Shown here: positions 47,790 to 59,946 of the stretch, piece after piece
Numbering within the stretch: the stretch's first letter is position 1
Layout of the letters: each line of letters starts with the position of its first letter
NCBI RefSeq assembly: GCF_030028105.1
Contig: NC_092380.1
Coordinates: forward strand, 20,857,144 to 20,921,143
From: Mobula birostris
Taxonomy: Eukaryota
Reading direction: 5' to 3'
Length of the DNA: 64,000 nt
The notes under the pieces: generated by a model
What the model was told of the DNA's origin: nothing
The model's input: only the letters and a program-made list of their open reading frames with translations
Database searches by the model: none
Program-made: the position numbers and the translations under genes

Positions 47790-50700
47790 TGTGGCGGCTC
47801 GCCCACGCAGCAAGCGAACCAGCTCCAGCAGTCGCCAGCGAACCTGCAGCCAGCGGCAACCGATTGGAATCTGAGTGCGGGGCAGACCTCGGCCCAGAGG
47901 CTAACGTCACTTCCGCCCCGCTGGGAGCGGGTACTTAAGCGCGTGCAGATTCAAACAGTAAATGGTTCAACCCGACCTTGCTTGAGTCAGTGTGTTGTTT
48001 TCACTCGTAGTGTATCAGCGCGACTACATTGGTGACCCCGAAAGTCCAACGGCACTTGGACCCAACATGAACAACTCGGCTCTGCAGAATGCAGTTTCCC
48101 TTAAACTGCCAACCTTCTGGACCACCCAACCCCTGGTCTGGTTTGAGCAAGCGGAGGCCCAGTTCCAGGTCAGGTAAATTGTCTCAGATGCCACCAAGTA
48201 TTACTACGTGGTGGGCGCCCTCGACCAGGAGACAGTGGGTCGCGTTATCGACTTTCTGCATCAGCCCCTGGCAATAGACAGGTACGAGGCTCTCAAGGTC
48301 CTGTTAATCTGCACATTTGGCCTCTCCCGCTGTGAACGGGCCGCGCGGTTACTGCATATGGACGGCCTGGGCGACTGTGCACCATCAGCCCTGATGAGCG
48401 ACATGTTAGCACTGGCAGACAGCCATAAGCCTTGCCTGCTGTTTGAACAGATCTTTTTGGAGCAAATGCCAGAAGATATCCACCTCCTGCTAGCAGATGA
48501 AGACTTCAGAGACCCGCCCGGGGTGACTGCCCGCGCAGACACGCTTTGGCATGCCAAACAAATGGGCAGAACCATCATCGGAATTAGTGCTGCAGCACGA
48601 CCCAAAGCTCAGCCCTTCCGCACCCCAGCAGCAGAGCACCTAACACCCACACCAAGAGACGGCACCACTTCTGAGTCTTGGTGTTTTTATCATCAAAGGT
48701 GGGGTTCCGGGGCCTTCCGCTGTCGACCGCCATGCTCGTTCCAGGGAGAATGCCAGGACCAGCGGTCACTGATGGCTACAGCGGCTGGTCACCATGATAG
48801 CCTCCTCTACGTTTGGGACAAGCTCTCCGGGCGAAGATTCCTGGTGGACACTGGGGCAGAAATCAGTGCCCTACCCCCCTCAAGCCACGATACCCGAGCT
48901 AGAAGAACAGGACCGGAACTTATGGCAGCCAACAGCAGCACCATCCGCACCTAAGGAACAAGAACCATCCCCTTGCAGTTCAGTTCCAGCCACTTTACAT
49001 GGACATTTACGCTGGCTGCAGTGTCACAGCCATTGCTAGGTGCGGACATCCTCCGGGCACACCGCCTGCTCGTGGATTTGAAGGAACGACGATTGGTCGA
49101 TGCGAAGACGTTCCAGTTTTTCTCCCTTGGTGAGGCCAGGTTGCCGGCCCCGCACCTGGAGTCTGTCACTCATTCCGACAACGAGTTCGCCAACGAGTTA
49201 TCGGAGTTCCCTTCTATCATCACGCCACAGTTTTCCTCAACAAACCCCAAGCATGGCGTGATGCACCACGTCCCCACACAGGGACCTCCCCTTCATGCCC
49301 GGGCCCGCAGGCTACCGCCCGACAAGCTCCGCCTCGCGAAGGAGGAATTCAAGAAGATGGAGGAGATGGGGATTGTGCGGCATTCCAACAGCCTGTGGGC
49401 CTCCTCACTCCATATGGTGCCCAAGTCCACGGGAGGGTGGAGACCGTGTGGCGACTATCAGAGACTGAACGACGCCACCATGTCCGATCGCTATCCAGTA
49501 CCACACATCCAGGACCTTATGGCCAACCTGCACGGGGCCCACATCTTTTTGAAGATTGACCTGGTCCGAGGGTATCATCAGATCCCAGTCCACCCGGATG
49601 ATGTACCCAAGACAGCCCTCATCACCCCCTTTGGCCTGTTCGAGTTCCTCAGGATGCGGTTCGGGCTCAAAAACGCAGAGAAGACTTTCCAGCGCTTGAT
49701 GGACGCAGTGGGGCGAGGTCTGGACTTTCTGTTCATCTACCTGGATGAAATATTTATCGCCAGCCGCTCCTGCCAGGAACATCTAGCACATCTACGCCTG
49801 CTCTGCTGCCACCTAAATGACTACGGTCTGGCTATCAACCCCGCCAAGTGCCAGTTTGGCCTATCCGCCATCGACGACTTGGGACACCGGATCGACCGCC
49901 ATGGAGCCGTTTCTCTGCCGGCGAAAGTTGAGGCCATCCGCCAATTTGCCAGGCCCAGCACGGTTAAAGGCCTGCAGGTGTTTATTGGCATGGTTAACTT
50001 TTACCACCGTTTCCTGCCCTCAGCAGCCCAGATCATGTGGCCCCTTTTTGGCTTGATGTCCGGCAAGGTCAAAGAGGTCACCTGGACAGAGGTGGGGAAA
50101 ACGGCTTTCGAACAAGCCAAGAACGCGCTAGCAAACGCCACACTCCTAGTCCACCCCCGGGTCGACGTCCCCACTATTCTCACTGTGGATGCCTCCGATG
50201 TGGCAGTTGGCAGCGTGTTCGAGCAGCTCATCAAAGGCCAGTGGAAGCCGCTCGCTTTTTTCAGCCAGCACCTACGACCCCCGGAACTTAAGTACAGTGC
50301 TTTTGACAGGGAGCTGCTGGCCCTGTACCTTGCCATCTGGCACTTCAGGTTCTTCCTGGAGGGGAGGAGTTCACGGTCTTCACAGACCACAAGCCCCTCA
50401 CTTTCGCGTTTGCCAAGGTGTCAGACCCGTGGTCGGGCCGCCAACAATGCCATCTGTCGTACATCTCGGGAGTTTACCACCACGATCAAGCACATCTCCG
50501 GGAAGAACAGCGTGGTGGCAGATACGATGTCATGAACCTCCGTCCAATCAGTGTACTCTCTGTCTCCGGGGGTGGGTTATGTGGCATTAGCTGAAGTGCA
50601 ATGGCTGGACGGTGAGATGCCAGCGTACCAAACCACAGTCTCAGGACTCCACCTCGAAGACATATCCATTGGGCCTGAAGGTAATGAGCTCCTTTGCGAT

Positions 50701-51888
50701 GTGTCCATCGGGCAACCTCGGCCTATTGTCCCAACCGCTTGGAGGCGCCGCGTTTTTGACACCTTGCACAGTTTAGCCCACCCTTCCATCCGGGTGACCA
50801 TCCGGCTGATCACAGACAGGTTTGTGTGGCATGGCCTGCTCAAGGAGGTCGGGGACTGGGCCAGGACATGCACGCACTGTCAAGCATCCAAAATCCAGAG
50901 GCACGTGAGGGCCCCACTGCAACCCTTCCAGCCGACACATACGAGGTTCGAACACGTCCATGTGGACATCGTCGGCCCACTGCTGGTTTCGAGAGGAGCG
51001 AGATACCTGTTCACCATGGTGGACAGGTTCACGAGGTGGCCAGAAGCTGTCCCACTTGCTGACATGGCCCTGAAATTTCCACAGGCAATTGAAGTCGGCC
51101 CTGATGGCACGCATCTGAAGGCCAGACTGGGTGGACGAACTCCCCTGGGTGCTGCTTGGTATCCGCACAGCACCTGAGGAGGACCTGGCCGCATCATCGG
51201 CCGAACTGGTTTACTGTGCCCCCCTCACAGTTCCCGGTGAGTTTGTGCCAGCACCCCATGGCCTGGAGGACACACCTGCTGGGGTCCTACCTTATCTCCG
51301 GGAGCGGCTTGGAACACTTGCTCCAGTCCCAACGTCCCACCACAGAACAACACCCTCTTTCGTGCCCAGGGACCTACAACAGAGCAAGTATGTTTTCGTT
51401 CACCAAGGTGCAGCAACCATACGAGGGACCCTACAAGGTGGCGTGCCATAATGGAGCGACCTGTGTTCTCGACATCGGTGGTAGGGACGAGACTTCTCCC
51501 ACTGACCGTCTCAAATTGGCGCATCTGGACCCTGAATGCCCGGTTGCAGTACCACCGCCATGACATAGAGGCTGGCCACCTAAAAGGACTGAGTGTGCAG
51601 GCTGCGGACTCTGCACCTCCTATCGCCAGTTCTGGGGGGGGGGGGGGGTCATGTGGCGTTTCACCCGAGCAGCAAGCGAACCAGCTCCAGCAGTCGCCAG
51701 TGAACCCGCAGCCAGTGGCAACCAAGAGGAATCTGAGTGCAGGGCAGACCTCGGCCCGGAGGCCAACGTCGCTTCTGCCCCGCAGAGAGCAGGGGTTTCT
51801 GGGAGCAGGTACTTAAGCGCGCGCTGATTCAAACAGTAAATGGTTCAACCCGAACCTGCTCGAGTCAGTGTGTTGTTTTCACTTGTAG
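47790..51888 (+). mobile_element. Second tRNA-Trp-primed Gypsy element (related family, different LTR), inserted in L1 D
   Basis: 5' LTR 47790-48028, PBS TGGTGACCCCGA at 48030, gag 48067-48770, protease FLVDTGAEIS, RT-RH ORF 48973-50535, integrase from 50551 with an internal deletion, poly-G PPT, 3' LTR 51652-51888 missing its terminus and TSD. Confidence 0.93.
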
Positions 51889-52662
51889 CCTATGAGCTGA
51901 TTATTTTACTTATTTAGGAGTAAAAATCACCAAGTATAAGGATTTATTTAAGGTTAATTTTTTTCCTTTATTTGATCAGATTAAATGTTTGTTTACCAGA
52001 TGGTCACCAATGATATTGTCTTTAATTGGTCGGATCAACACCATCAAGATGATGATTTTACCCAAGTTTCTATATTTATTTCAAGCATTGCCTATCTTTA
52101 TTCTGAAATCCTTTTTTGATAATGTTGATTCAAAAATTTCTACATATATATGGCAGAATAAAAATCTTAGACTAGGTAAAAGATACTTACAGAAGCCCAA
52201 AAAGGAGGGCGGTTCAGCATTGCCGAACTTTAGATTTCATTATTGGGCAATTAATATTCGTTACTTAAAATTTTGGACATGGAATTGGGATACAGTTTTA
52301 TGTCCACAATGGGTTAATCTTGAAGGTAAATCCGTTTCAGGGTTTTCATTAGGTTCTATTTTAGGGTCTCCGCTTCCGTGAACAAACATATAGATAACCC
52401 AATAGTTAAGTATACTTTTCGAATATGGTTTCAGTTTCGAAAATTTTTTGGATTGAATCAATTTATTTTAGCAAGCCTTATTCTACCTAATTTTCTTTTT
52501 CAACCCTCTTTTTTGGATCAAGCCTATCTAGTCTGGAAAACTAAAGGTATAATATGTTTTTCTGCAAACAACAGGAATTCTGCAGATGCTGGAAATTCAA
52601 GCAACACACATAAAAGTTGCTGGTGAACGCAGCAGGCCAGGCAGCATCTCTAGCAAGAGGTG

Positions 52663-52698
52663 CAGTCGACGTTTCAGGCCGAGACCCTTCGTCAGGAC
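52663..52698 (-). ncRNA. Minimal hammerhead ribozyme core (left arm of the hairpin, opposite strand)
   Basis: Minus strand reads GTC-CTGACGA-AGG(GTCTCGG)CCT-GAAAC-GTC-GACTG, with a 3-bp stem I (GTC/GAC). Confidence 0.65.
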
Positions 52699-52706
52699 AA
52701 AGGGCC

Positions 52707-52739
52707 CTGACGAAGGGTCTCGGCCTGAAACGTCGACTG
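52707..52739 (+). ncRNA. Minimal hammerhead ribozyme core (right arm of the hairpin)
   Basis: CTGACGA-AGG(GTCTCGG)CCT-GAAAC-GTC-GACTG. The 5' strand of stem I is mostly lost at the hairpin loop. Confidence 0.65.
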
Positions 52740-53301
52740 CACCTCTTCCTAGAGATGCTGCCTGGCCTGCTGCGTTCACCAGCAACTTTAATATGTTTTT
52801 CTGATTTAGTTTTGAATAACTGTTTCACGTCTTTTGAACAATTATCTAATAAATGTAATTTACCTAGATCCCATTTCTTTAGGTACTTACAGATTAGAAA
52901 CTTTTTAAATACTGTTCTTACTACCTTTCCGATTTCATACTCATCGGATATAATGGAAAGAATTTTAGATTTAAATCTTTTTCAGAACGGTTCAATAACA
53001 ATTATTTATAATATGATTATGAAAATAAATCCAGATGTATCGAACTCAATCAGGAACGACTGGGAAAGGGAACTTAAGCTTACTTTACCTATAGAGAAAT
53101 GGCAAAAAATTCTTCAATTAGTTAATTCTTCTTCTATATGTGCTAAACATGCGTTGATACAGTTCAAAGTAGTACACGGAGCTCATATGTCCAAGGATAA
53201 ATTAGCTCGCTATTACTCTCATATAAATCCTGTATGTGACAGATGTCATTCTGAGACAGCTTTGTTAACTCATATGTTTTGGTCATGCCCTTTGCTGAAG
53301 A

Positions 53302-54752
53302 AGTTGTTACAAGAGAGTTTTCAATTTGTGCAGGAAAACATTATTTCCTTGAACTCTGAACTTAAAGAGACGAAGTGTCAGATAGCGGCTATTTCAGCCC
53401 GCTTGGGAAAAGTCTCAACATAGGATTATCAATTTGGAAGCAAGATCTCGTTGGAATAATATTCGAATTGTTGGACTGAAGGAAGGATCTGAGAGTGGGG
53501 ATTTATTGGACTATTTTGCTAACTTGTTTCAATCTCTGTTTCTGGATATTTTACCTCAACCTCCCGATATTGCAAGAGCACACAGAATTTTCTCTTTGAA
53601 ATCTCAGGATCCGAATAAACCAAGGGCAATTTTGGTCTGCTTTCTTCGTTTCAAAGTTAAAGACCAAATCATGAAATATGCAAGGAAACACAAAGTTTTT
53701 AAATTCAAGGGTTCCAAGATTCATTTTATGAAGATTATCCATGGGAAGTTATGGACCTGTGGTCTAAATTCGCTCCAACCAAGAAGATAGCCCATGATAA
53801 GGGATTATTCCCATCACTTTGCTATCCAGCCCGATTAAAACTATTTCCCAAAGGTTCCACTCCACGTGTTTTTCTGGACCCCAAAGTGGCATTGGACTAT
53901 GTTAACTCTATTTCGGTTGCAGCCAAGGTTTGAATGGTTTTAGGTCTGCTGAATAATTGTTTCAGAAAGAAAACAAGCTTTGAAGATTTCTGATTTACTT
54001 AAGATGTCCTTTGATTGATGGACCATTTAAAGAAGATGTGAACTTTTTGATGTAACTGATGAATGACTTTTCCAAAATCTGTTTGGTTTACTGAGTGAAT
54101 TAACACAGCGGACAGATTGTTAACCGGTTTATTTGTTTCTATCCTCCTTTTTGTTTCATTAATTGATAAGTTTTCATAGTTCATAAGGATTTTTTCTTAT
54201 ATATACATAGTTGGGAGTGCTTAGTAGATAGATATTTAGGTTTTTTTCTAAAAATAGTTTTTCATTGGGTGTGTAAGTTAAATGGAAAATGGCGCTGATT
54301 TTTCTTCGTTAGAGATTACATAGGCATTCTTCTTTGTTTAATTTTATTGTTTTGGCATTTTTGGAGATTGTTTCTGCATTCCCCAGCTTATTTTTAAGGA
54401 TTAAGTATAAACATTTTTTTTCCTCTGCAGGGCTTTCCTATTTTAGGGCCGTGAGTTTTTTTTTGTAACTGGGGGGAGGAATTAAGGAAAGCTTTTAAAA
54501 TCACCATTATAAAATGGGTAGCTCGCGGAGTCTGTCTCTCTTTTTTTCACTTCTATGGGGAGGGATTTCGGCTTTTTTTAACCAAATTTCGGGCTTTCCG
54601 GGGTGGTGAGAGGACTGGGGTTAGTTTTGCGTTATAAGATCAATTGTAGGATTGATTTTAGTTTTCTTTATTGTATTTTTTTCCAATTATGAAGTTCCGG
54701 ACCATGCGTGTTTTGTACATGGTTATACTTATCACCGCCAGTTTTGATTAAC
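53302..54752 (+). mobile_element. L1-clade fragment 'E': ORF1 C-terminal half plus downstream T-rich region
   Basis: LEARSRWNNIRIVGLKEG, IARAHRI, PRAILVCFLRF, FPSLCYPARLK. Joined directly to the broken end of L1 D. Confidence 0.8.
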
Positions 54753-57700
54753 CCATAGAACCATAGAAACTACAGCACAGAAACAGGCCTTTTGGCCCTT
54801 CTTGGCTGTGCCGCACCATTTTCTGCCTAGTCCCACTGACCTGCACATGGACCATATCCCTCCATACACCTCCCATCCATGTATCTGTCCAATTTATTCT
54901 TAAATGTTAAAAAAGAACCCTCATTTACCACCTCGTCTGGCAGCTCATTCCATACTCCCACCACTCTCTGTGTGAAGAAGCTCCCTTTAAACTTTCCCCC
55001 CTCACCCTTATCCCATGTCCTCTGGTTTTTTTTCTCCCCTTGCCTCAGTGGAAAAAGCCTGCTTGCATTCACTCTATCTATACCCATCATAATTTTATAC
55101 ACCTCCATCAAATCTTCCCTCATTCTTCTACGCTCCAGGGAATAAAGTCCTAACCTATTCAACCTTTTTCTGTAACTGAGTTTCTCAAGTCCCGGCAACA
55201 TCCTTGTAAACCTTCTCTGCACTCTTTCAACCTTATTTATATCCTTCCTGTAATTTGGTGACCAAAACTGAACACAATACTCCAGATTTGGCCTCACCTA
55301 TGCCTTATACAACCTCATCATAACATTCCAGCTCTTATACTCAATACTTTGATTAATAAAGGCCAAGGTACCAAAAGCTCTCTTCATGACCCTATCTACC
55401 TGTGACGCCACTTTTAGGGAATTTTGTATCTGTATTCCCAGATCCCTCTGTTCCACTGCACTCCTCAGTGCCTTACCATTAACTCTGTATGTTCTACCTT
55501 GGTTTGTCCTTCCAATGTGCAATACCTCACACTTACCTGTATTAAACTCCATCTGCCATTTTTCAGCCCATTTTTCCAGCTGGTCCAAGTCCCTCTGCAG
55601 GCTCTGAAAACCTTCCTCACTGGCTACTACACCTCCAATCTTTGTATCATCAGCAAATTTGCTGATCCAATTTACCACATTATCATCCAGATCATTGATA
55701 TAAATGACAAATAACAATGGACCCAGCACTGATCCCTGTGGCACACCACTAGTCACAGGCCTCCACTCGGAGAAGCAATTCTCTACTACCACTCTTTGGC
55801 TTCTTCCATTGAGCCAATGTCTAATCCAATTTACCACCTCTCCATGTATACCTAGCGACTGAATTTTCCTAACTAACCTCCCATGCGGGACCTTGTCAAA
55901 GGCCTTACTGAAGTCCATGTAGACAATATCCACTGCCTTCCCTTCATCCACTTTCCTGGTAACCTCTTCGAAAATCTCCAATAGATTGGTCAAACATGAC
56001 CTACCACGCACAAAGCCATGTTGACTCTCCCTAATAAGTTCCTGTCTATCCAAATGCTTGTAGATTCCGTCTCTTAGTACTCCCTCCAATAACTTACCTA
56101 GTACCGACGTTAAACTTACTGGCCTATAATTTCCCGGATTACTTTTCAATCCTTTTTTAAACAACGGAACAACATGAGCCACTCTCCAATCCTCTGGCAC
56201 CTCACCTGTAGACAGCAACATTTTAAATATTTCTGCCAGGGCCCCTGCAATTTCAACACTAGTCTCCTTCAAGGTCCGAGGGAACACCCTGTCAGGTCCT
56301 GGGGATTTATCCACTTTAATTTTCCTCAAGACAGCAAGGACCTCCTCCTTTTTGATCTGTACAGTTTCCATGATCTCACTACTTGTTTCCCTTAATTCCA
56401 TAGACTTCATGCCAGTTTCCTTAGTAAATACAGACGCAAAAAAACTATTTAAGATCTCCCCCATTTCCTTTGGTTCCGCACACAGCCGGCCACTCTGATC
56501 TTCAAGAGGACCAATTTTATCCCTTACAATCCTTTTGCTCTTAATATACCTGTAAAAGCTCTTTGGATTATCCTTCACTTTGACTGCCAAGGCAACCTCA
56601 TGTCTTCTTTTAGCCCTCCTGATTTCTTTCTTAAGCATTTTCTTGCACTTCTTATACTCCTCAAGCACCTTATTTACTCCCTGCTTCCTATACATGTCAT
56701 ACAACTCCCTCTTCTTCTTTATCAGAGTTGCAATATCCCTTGAGAACCAAGGTTTCTTATTCCTATTCACTTTGCCTTTAATCCTGACAGGAACATACAA
56801 ATTCTGCACTCTCAAAATTTCTCCTTTGAAGGCTTCCCACCTATCGATCACCTCCTTGCCAGAGAACAACCTGTCCCAATCTACGCTTTTTAGTTCCTTT
56901 CTCATTTCTTCAAATTTGGCCTTCTTCCAGTTAAGAACCTCAACCCTAGGACCAGATCTATCCTTGTCCATGGTCAAGTTGAAACTAATGGTGTTATGAT
57001 CACTGGAACCAAAGTGCTCCCCTACACAGACTTCTGTCACTTGTCCTAACTCGTTTCCTAACAGGAGATCCAATATTGCATCCCCTCTAGTTGGTCCCTC
57101 TATATATTGATTTAGAAAACTTTCCTGAACACATTTTACAAACTCTAAACCATCTAGACCCCTAACAGTATGGGAGTCCCAATCAATATATGGAAAATTA
57201 AACTCGCCTACCACCACAACTTTATGTTTCCTGCAGTTGCCTGCTACCTCTCTGCAGATTTGCTCTTCCAATTCTCATTGACTATTGGGTGGTCTGTAAT
57301 ACAATCTCCCTAATGTGGCCATACCTTTCCTGTTTCTCAGCTCCACCCATAAGGACTCAGTAGACAAGCCCTCTAATCTGTCCTGCCTGAGCACTGCTGT
57401 GATATTTTCCCTAACAAGCAATGCTACTCCCCCACCTTTCATTCCTCTGCCTCGATCACATCTGAAACATCAGAACCCTGGAATATTAAGCTGCCAGTCC
57501 TGCCCCTCCTGTAGCCAAGTTTCACTAGTTGCTATAACGTCATAATTCCACGTGTCAATCCACGCCCTCAACTCGTCTGCCTTCCCCGCAATACTCCTAG
57601 CATTGAAATATATACACATCAGAAGATTTTTACCACCACTCACAACCTTTCTTTTAGCGAATTTGCTTGAACTTTTAACATCATTTATTTTCACCCCAGC

Positions 57701-57799
57701 CACACTGTCAGCTCTGGCACTCTGGTTCCCATCCCCCTGCAAATCTAGTTTAAAGCCTCCTCAATAGCACTAACAAACCTCCCTGAAAGGATATTGGTG
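54753..57799 (-). mobile_element. CR1-clade LINE, 5'-truncated, near-complete ORF2; the only large minus-strand element
   Basis: ORFs 57470-57742, 55298-57271 (657 aa; QHGFVRGRSCLTNL, KFADDTK) and 54827-55297. Tail repeat (ttctatgg)n at about 54753-54770. Confidence 0.95.
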
Positions 57800-57859
57800 C
57801 TGGTATGCGTGTATTCATGTGTTAAATAAAATAAAGTGTTTAATGGTAGATAAACAGAT

Positions 57860-57945
57860 AAACCAATACCCAGCTAAATTAAGGCTTTTTGCCAAAAATT
57901 CTGGGGTTCGTATTTTTGAGAACCCAGCTGAAACATTGCGTTTTA
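57860..57945 (+). mobile_element. Short L1 ORF1 C-terminal fragment (family of element F)
   Basis: caatacccagctaaattaaggctttttgccaaaaattctggggttcgtatt...cccagctgaaacattg matches 59346-59430. Confidence 0.7.
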
Positions 57946-59531
57946 AAGATTAAAAGATTGACAAGATTAAAGAAATTGATAAAAAATATTCCATTGCTCC
58001 TAGTAAGGAGTTTTATAAACAGAGAGTCGAACTTCAAATGGAACATAGCTTATTACTAACATCCTTGATTGAAAATCAACTAACAAAAACCAGAAGTGAG
58101 TTTTATATACATAGAGATAAATTGGGTAAATTATTAGCTAATCAATTGAAAACTGCTTCGGTTAAATGTCAAATTCTTAAGATTCGTAAAAATTATGATA
58201 CCTTGACAGTTGATCATGATGAGATAAACAAATCTTTTCAAGAATTTTATACCTCTTTATATTACTCAAAGTTTCCCTCATGATCCCAACATAATGCATG
58301 ACTTTTTATGGAAATTGAACTTTCCAAAATTATCACCCGAAGAATGTTTAACATTAGAAACTCCTATTACGGATGAAGAAATAAAGGGTGTTATTTCCTC
58401 AATGAACGCTGGCAAAGCACCTGGTCCAAATGGCTATACAGTAGAGTTCTTTAAGTTTTTTTCTTCTATTCTTTCTCCTTGATTGTGTAGAGTTTTTAAA
58501 GCAGCAATTAGAATAGGTAAATTACCACAACCATTTTATGGAGCTTCTATTTCTCTAATTCTTAAAAAAAAATAAAGGACTCCGCTTTCCCCCTGTGGAC
58601 ATGTAAGACACAGTTTCTTTCTGTCCGCCTTAATTTCTCCCTTTCCTGACTCAAACTTTGAAATTTTAACTTTATTCAGTTGGATCCTGTAGAGCGACAA
58701 TTATAATTACGTCCAACACAAGAAGCACCAAAAGAAATCCTGAACGGTAAGCTTAAAAAAGCTGACGAGACTTCAGAGCAGCCACCTGGATAAATAGATT
58801 AGAGTCTCAAATCAGCTATATCGTTCCTGAATTAACTCAACTAAAAGAAAGATTTCTCCCTTTAAAGGAAAAAAATTGACTCTTTGACCCTTGATCTTAA
58901 AGAGGTGAGTCGAAATACGGCTGATATTTCTTCTTGTCTGGAAAAGGCTCAACAATGGATCGTGGATTTGGAGGCTCGCTCTTGTCGGAACAATATTCGA
59001 ACTGTTGGATTAAAAGAGGAATCCGCCGACGCACTGGACCATTTTGCTAAGATGTTTCAATCTTTATTTCCGGAGGCTTGCCTACAACTGCCTGAGATTG
59101 AAATGGCTCATAGAGCAGGTGCTTCAAAATCCTCAGATCAAGGTAAAAACAGGCACGTCGTTGTGCGCTTTCTTCGTTTTAGAGACAAAGACTATTATTA
59201 AGCTTGCAAGAAAACAAAGGTGGTTCAAATTTCAAAGCTCTGAGATTTGTTTTTCGAAGATTTTCCACGTGAAATTGTTCAGAAACGTTCTGGATTTGTT
59301 GTCGTAATGGGTACGGCTTATCAAAGACAGTTTCATCCATCTCTTCAATACCCAGCTAAATTACGGTTTTTCGTCAAAAATTCTGGGGATCGTATATTTA
59401 TGGACCCAGCTGAAGCATTGTGTTTTATTAATTCTTTTCCTGACGAGTCTGAAGTCTGAAGTTTAAATCATTTACAATTGTTTGATTGTCTCCCGACTTA
59501 AGGAGCAATGAGGTCGGAAGATTTGATGGGT

Positions 59532-59786
59532 TGTAGTCGCGCTGATACGCTATGAGTAAAAAGAAGACACTAACTCGAGCAGGGTTGGGTTGAACCGTTT
59601 ACTGTTTCAATCGGTGTGCGCTTAAGTACCTGCTCCCAGCAACCTCCACTCTCTGCGGGGCAGAAGCAACGTCGGCCCCCGGGCCGAGGTCCGCCCCGCA
59701 CTCTGATTCCTCTCGGTTGCCGCTGGCTGCGGGTTCGCTGGCGACTGCTGGAACCGTTTCGCTTGCTACGTGGGCGAGCCACCACA
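59532..59786 (-). repeat. Solo LTR of the 47790-51888 Gypsy family
   Basis: Reverse complement aligns with 47790-48028 and 51652-51888. TG...CA ends. Near-TSD GGGT / GGAT. Confidence 0.9.
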
Positions 59787-59946
59787 GGATATAGAAAGTC
59801 TTTGCCTTAAAATGTACTTTTATCTCTGAAATAGACTGGTTTGGATGGTTTTAACTTCAGAAGACATAACGCGGGAACTGTCGGAAGACTATAGATGCCT
59901 TTGAACCATCTAGAATTTCTTCCTGTTTGCAGCATTTGAATGAACT

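Larger units (their letters stand above)
52565..52788. mobile_element. Penelope terminal-repeat-derived fold-back insertion (84-bp arms, 1 mismatch, 9-nt loop)
   Basis: 15-bp TSD TAATATGTTTTTCTG (52550-52564 / 52789-52803). Arms at 52613-52696 and 52706-52789. Homologous to the termini of the 27563-28607 element. Confidence 0.9.
43653..53301 (+). mobile_element. L1-clade LINE 'D' (same family as B; ORF1 43831-44685, ORF2 from 45565), 3'-truncated
   Basis: 5' end, ORF1 (AKDADGDGK) and ORF2 (MAQRINFVSWNTNGL) are colinear with element B. Breaks off at HMFWSCPLLKK. Confidence 0.88.

Noticed and set aside
37381-51832. Numerous 100-250-aa minus-strand ORFs over the GC-rich Gypsy elements
   Set aside because: Antisense shadows of GC-rich coding sequence with no recognisable motifs of their own.
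52617-53423. 268-aa ORF that looks like a novel protein
   Set aside because: It is an accidental read-through of the Penelope hairpin, L1 D ORF2 and L1 E ORF1. The mirrored ORFs on both strands come from the palindrome.
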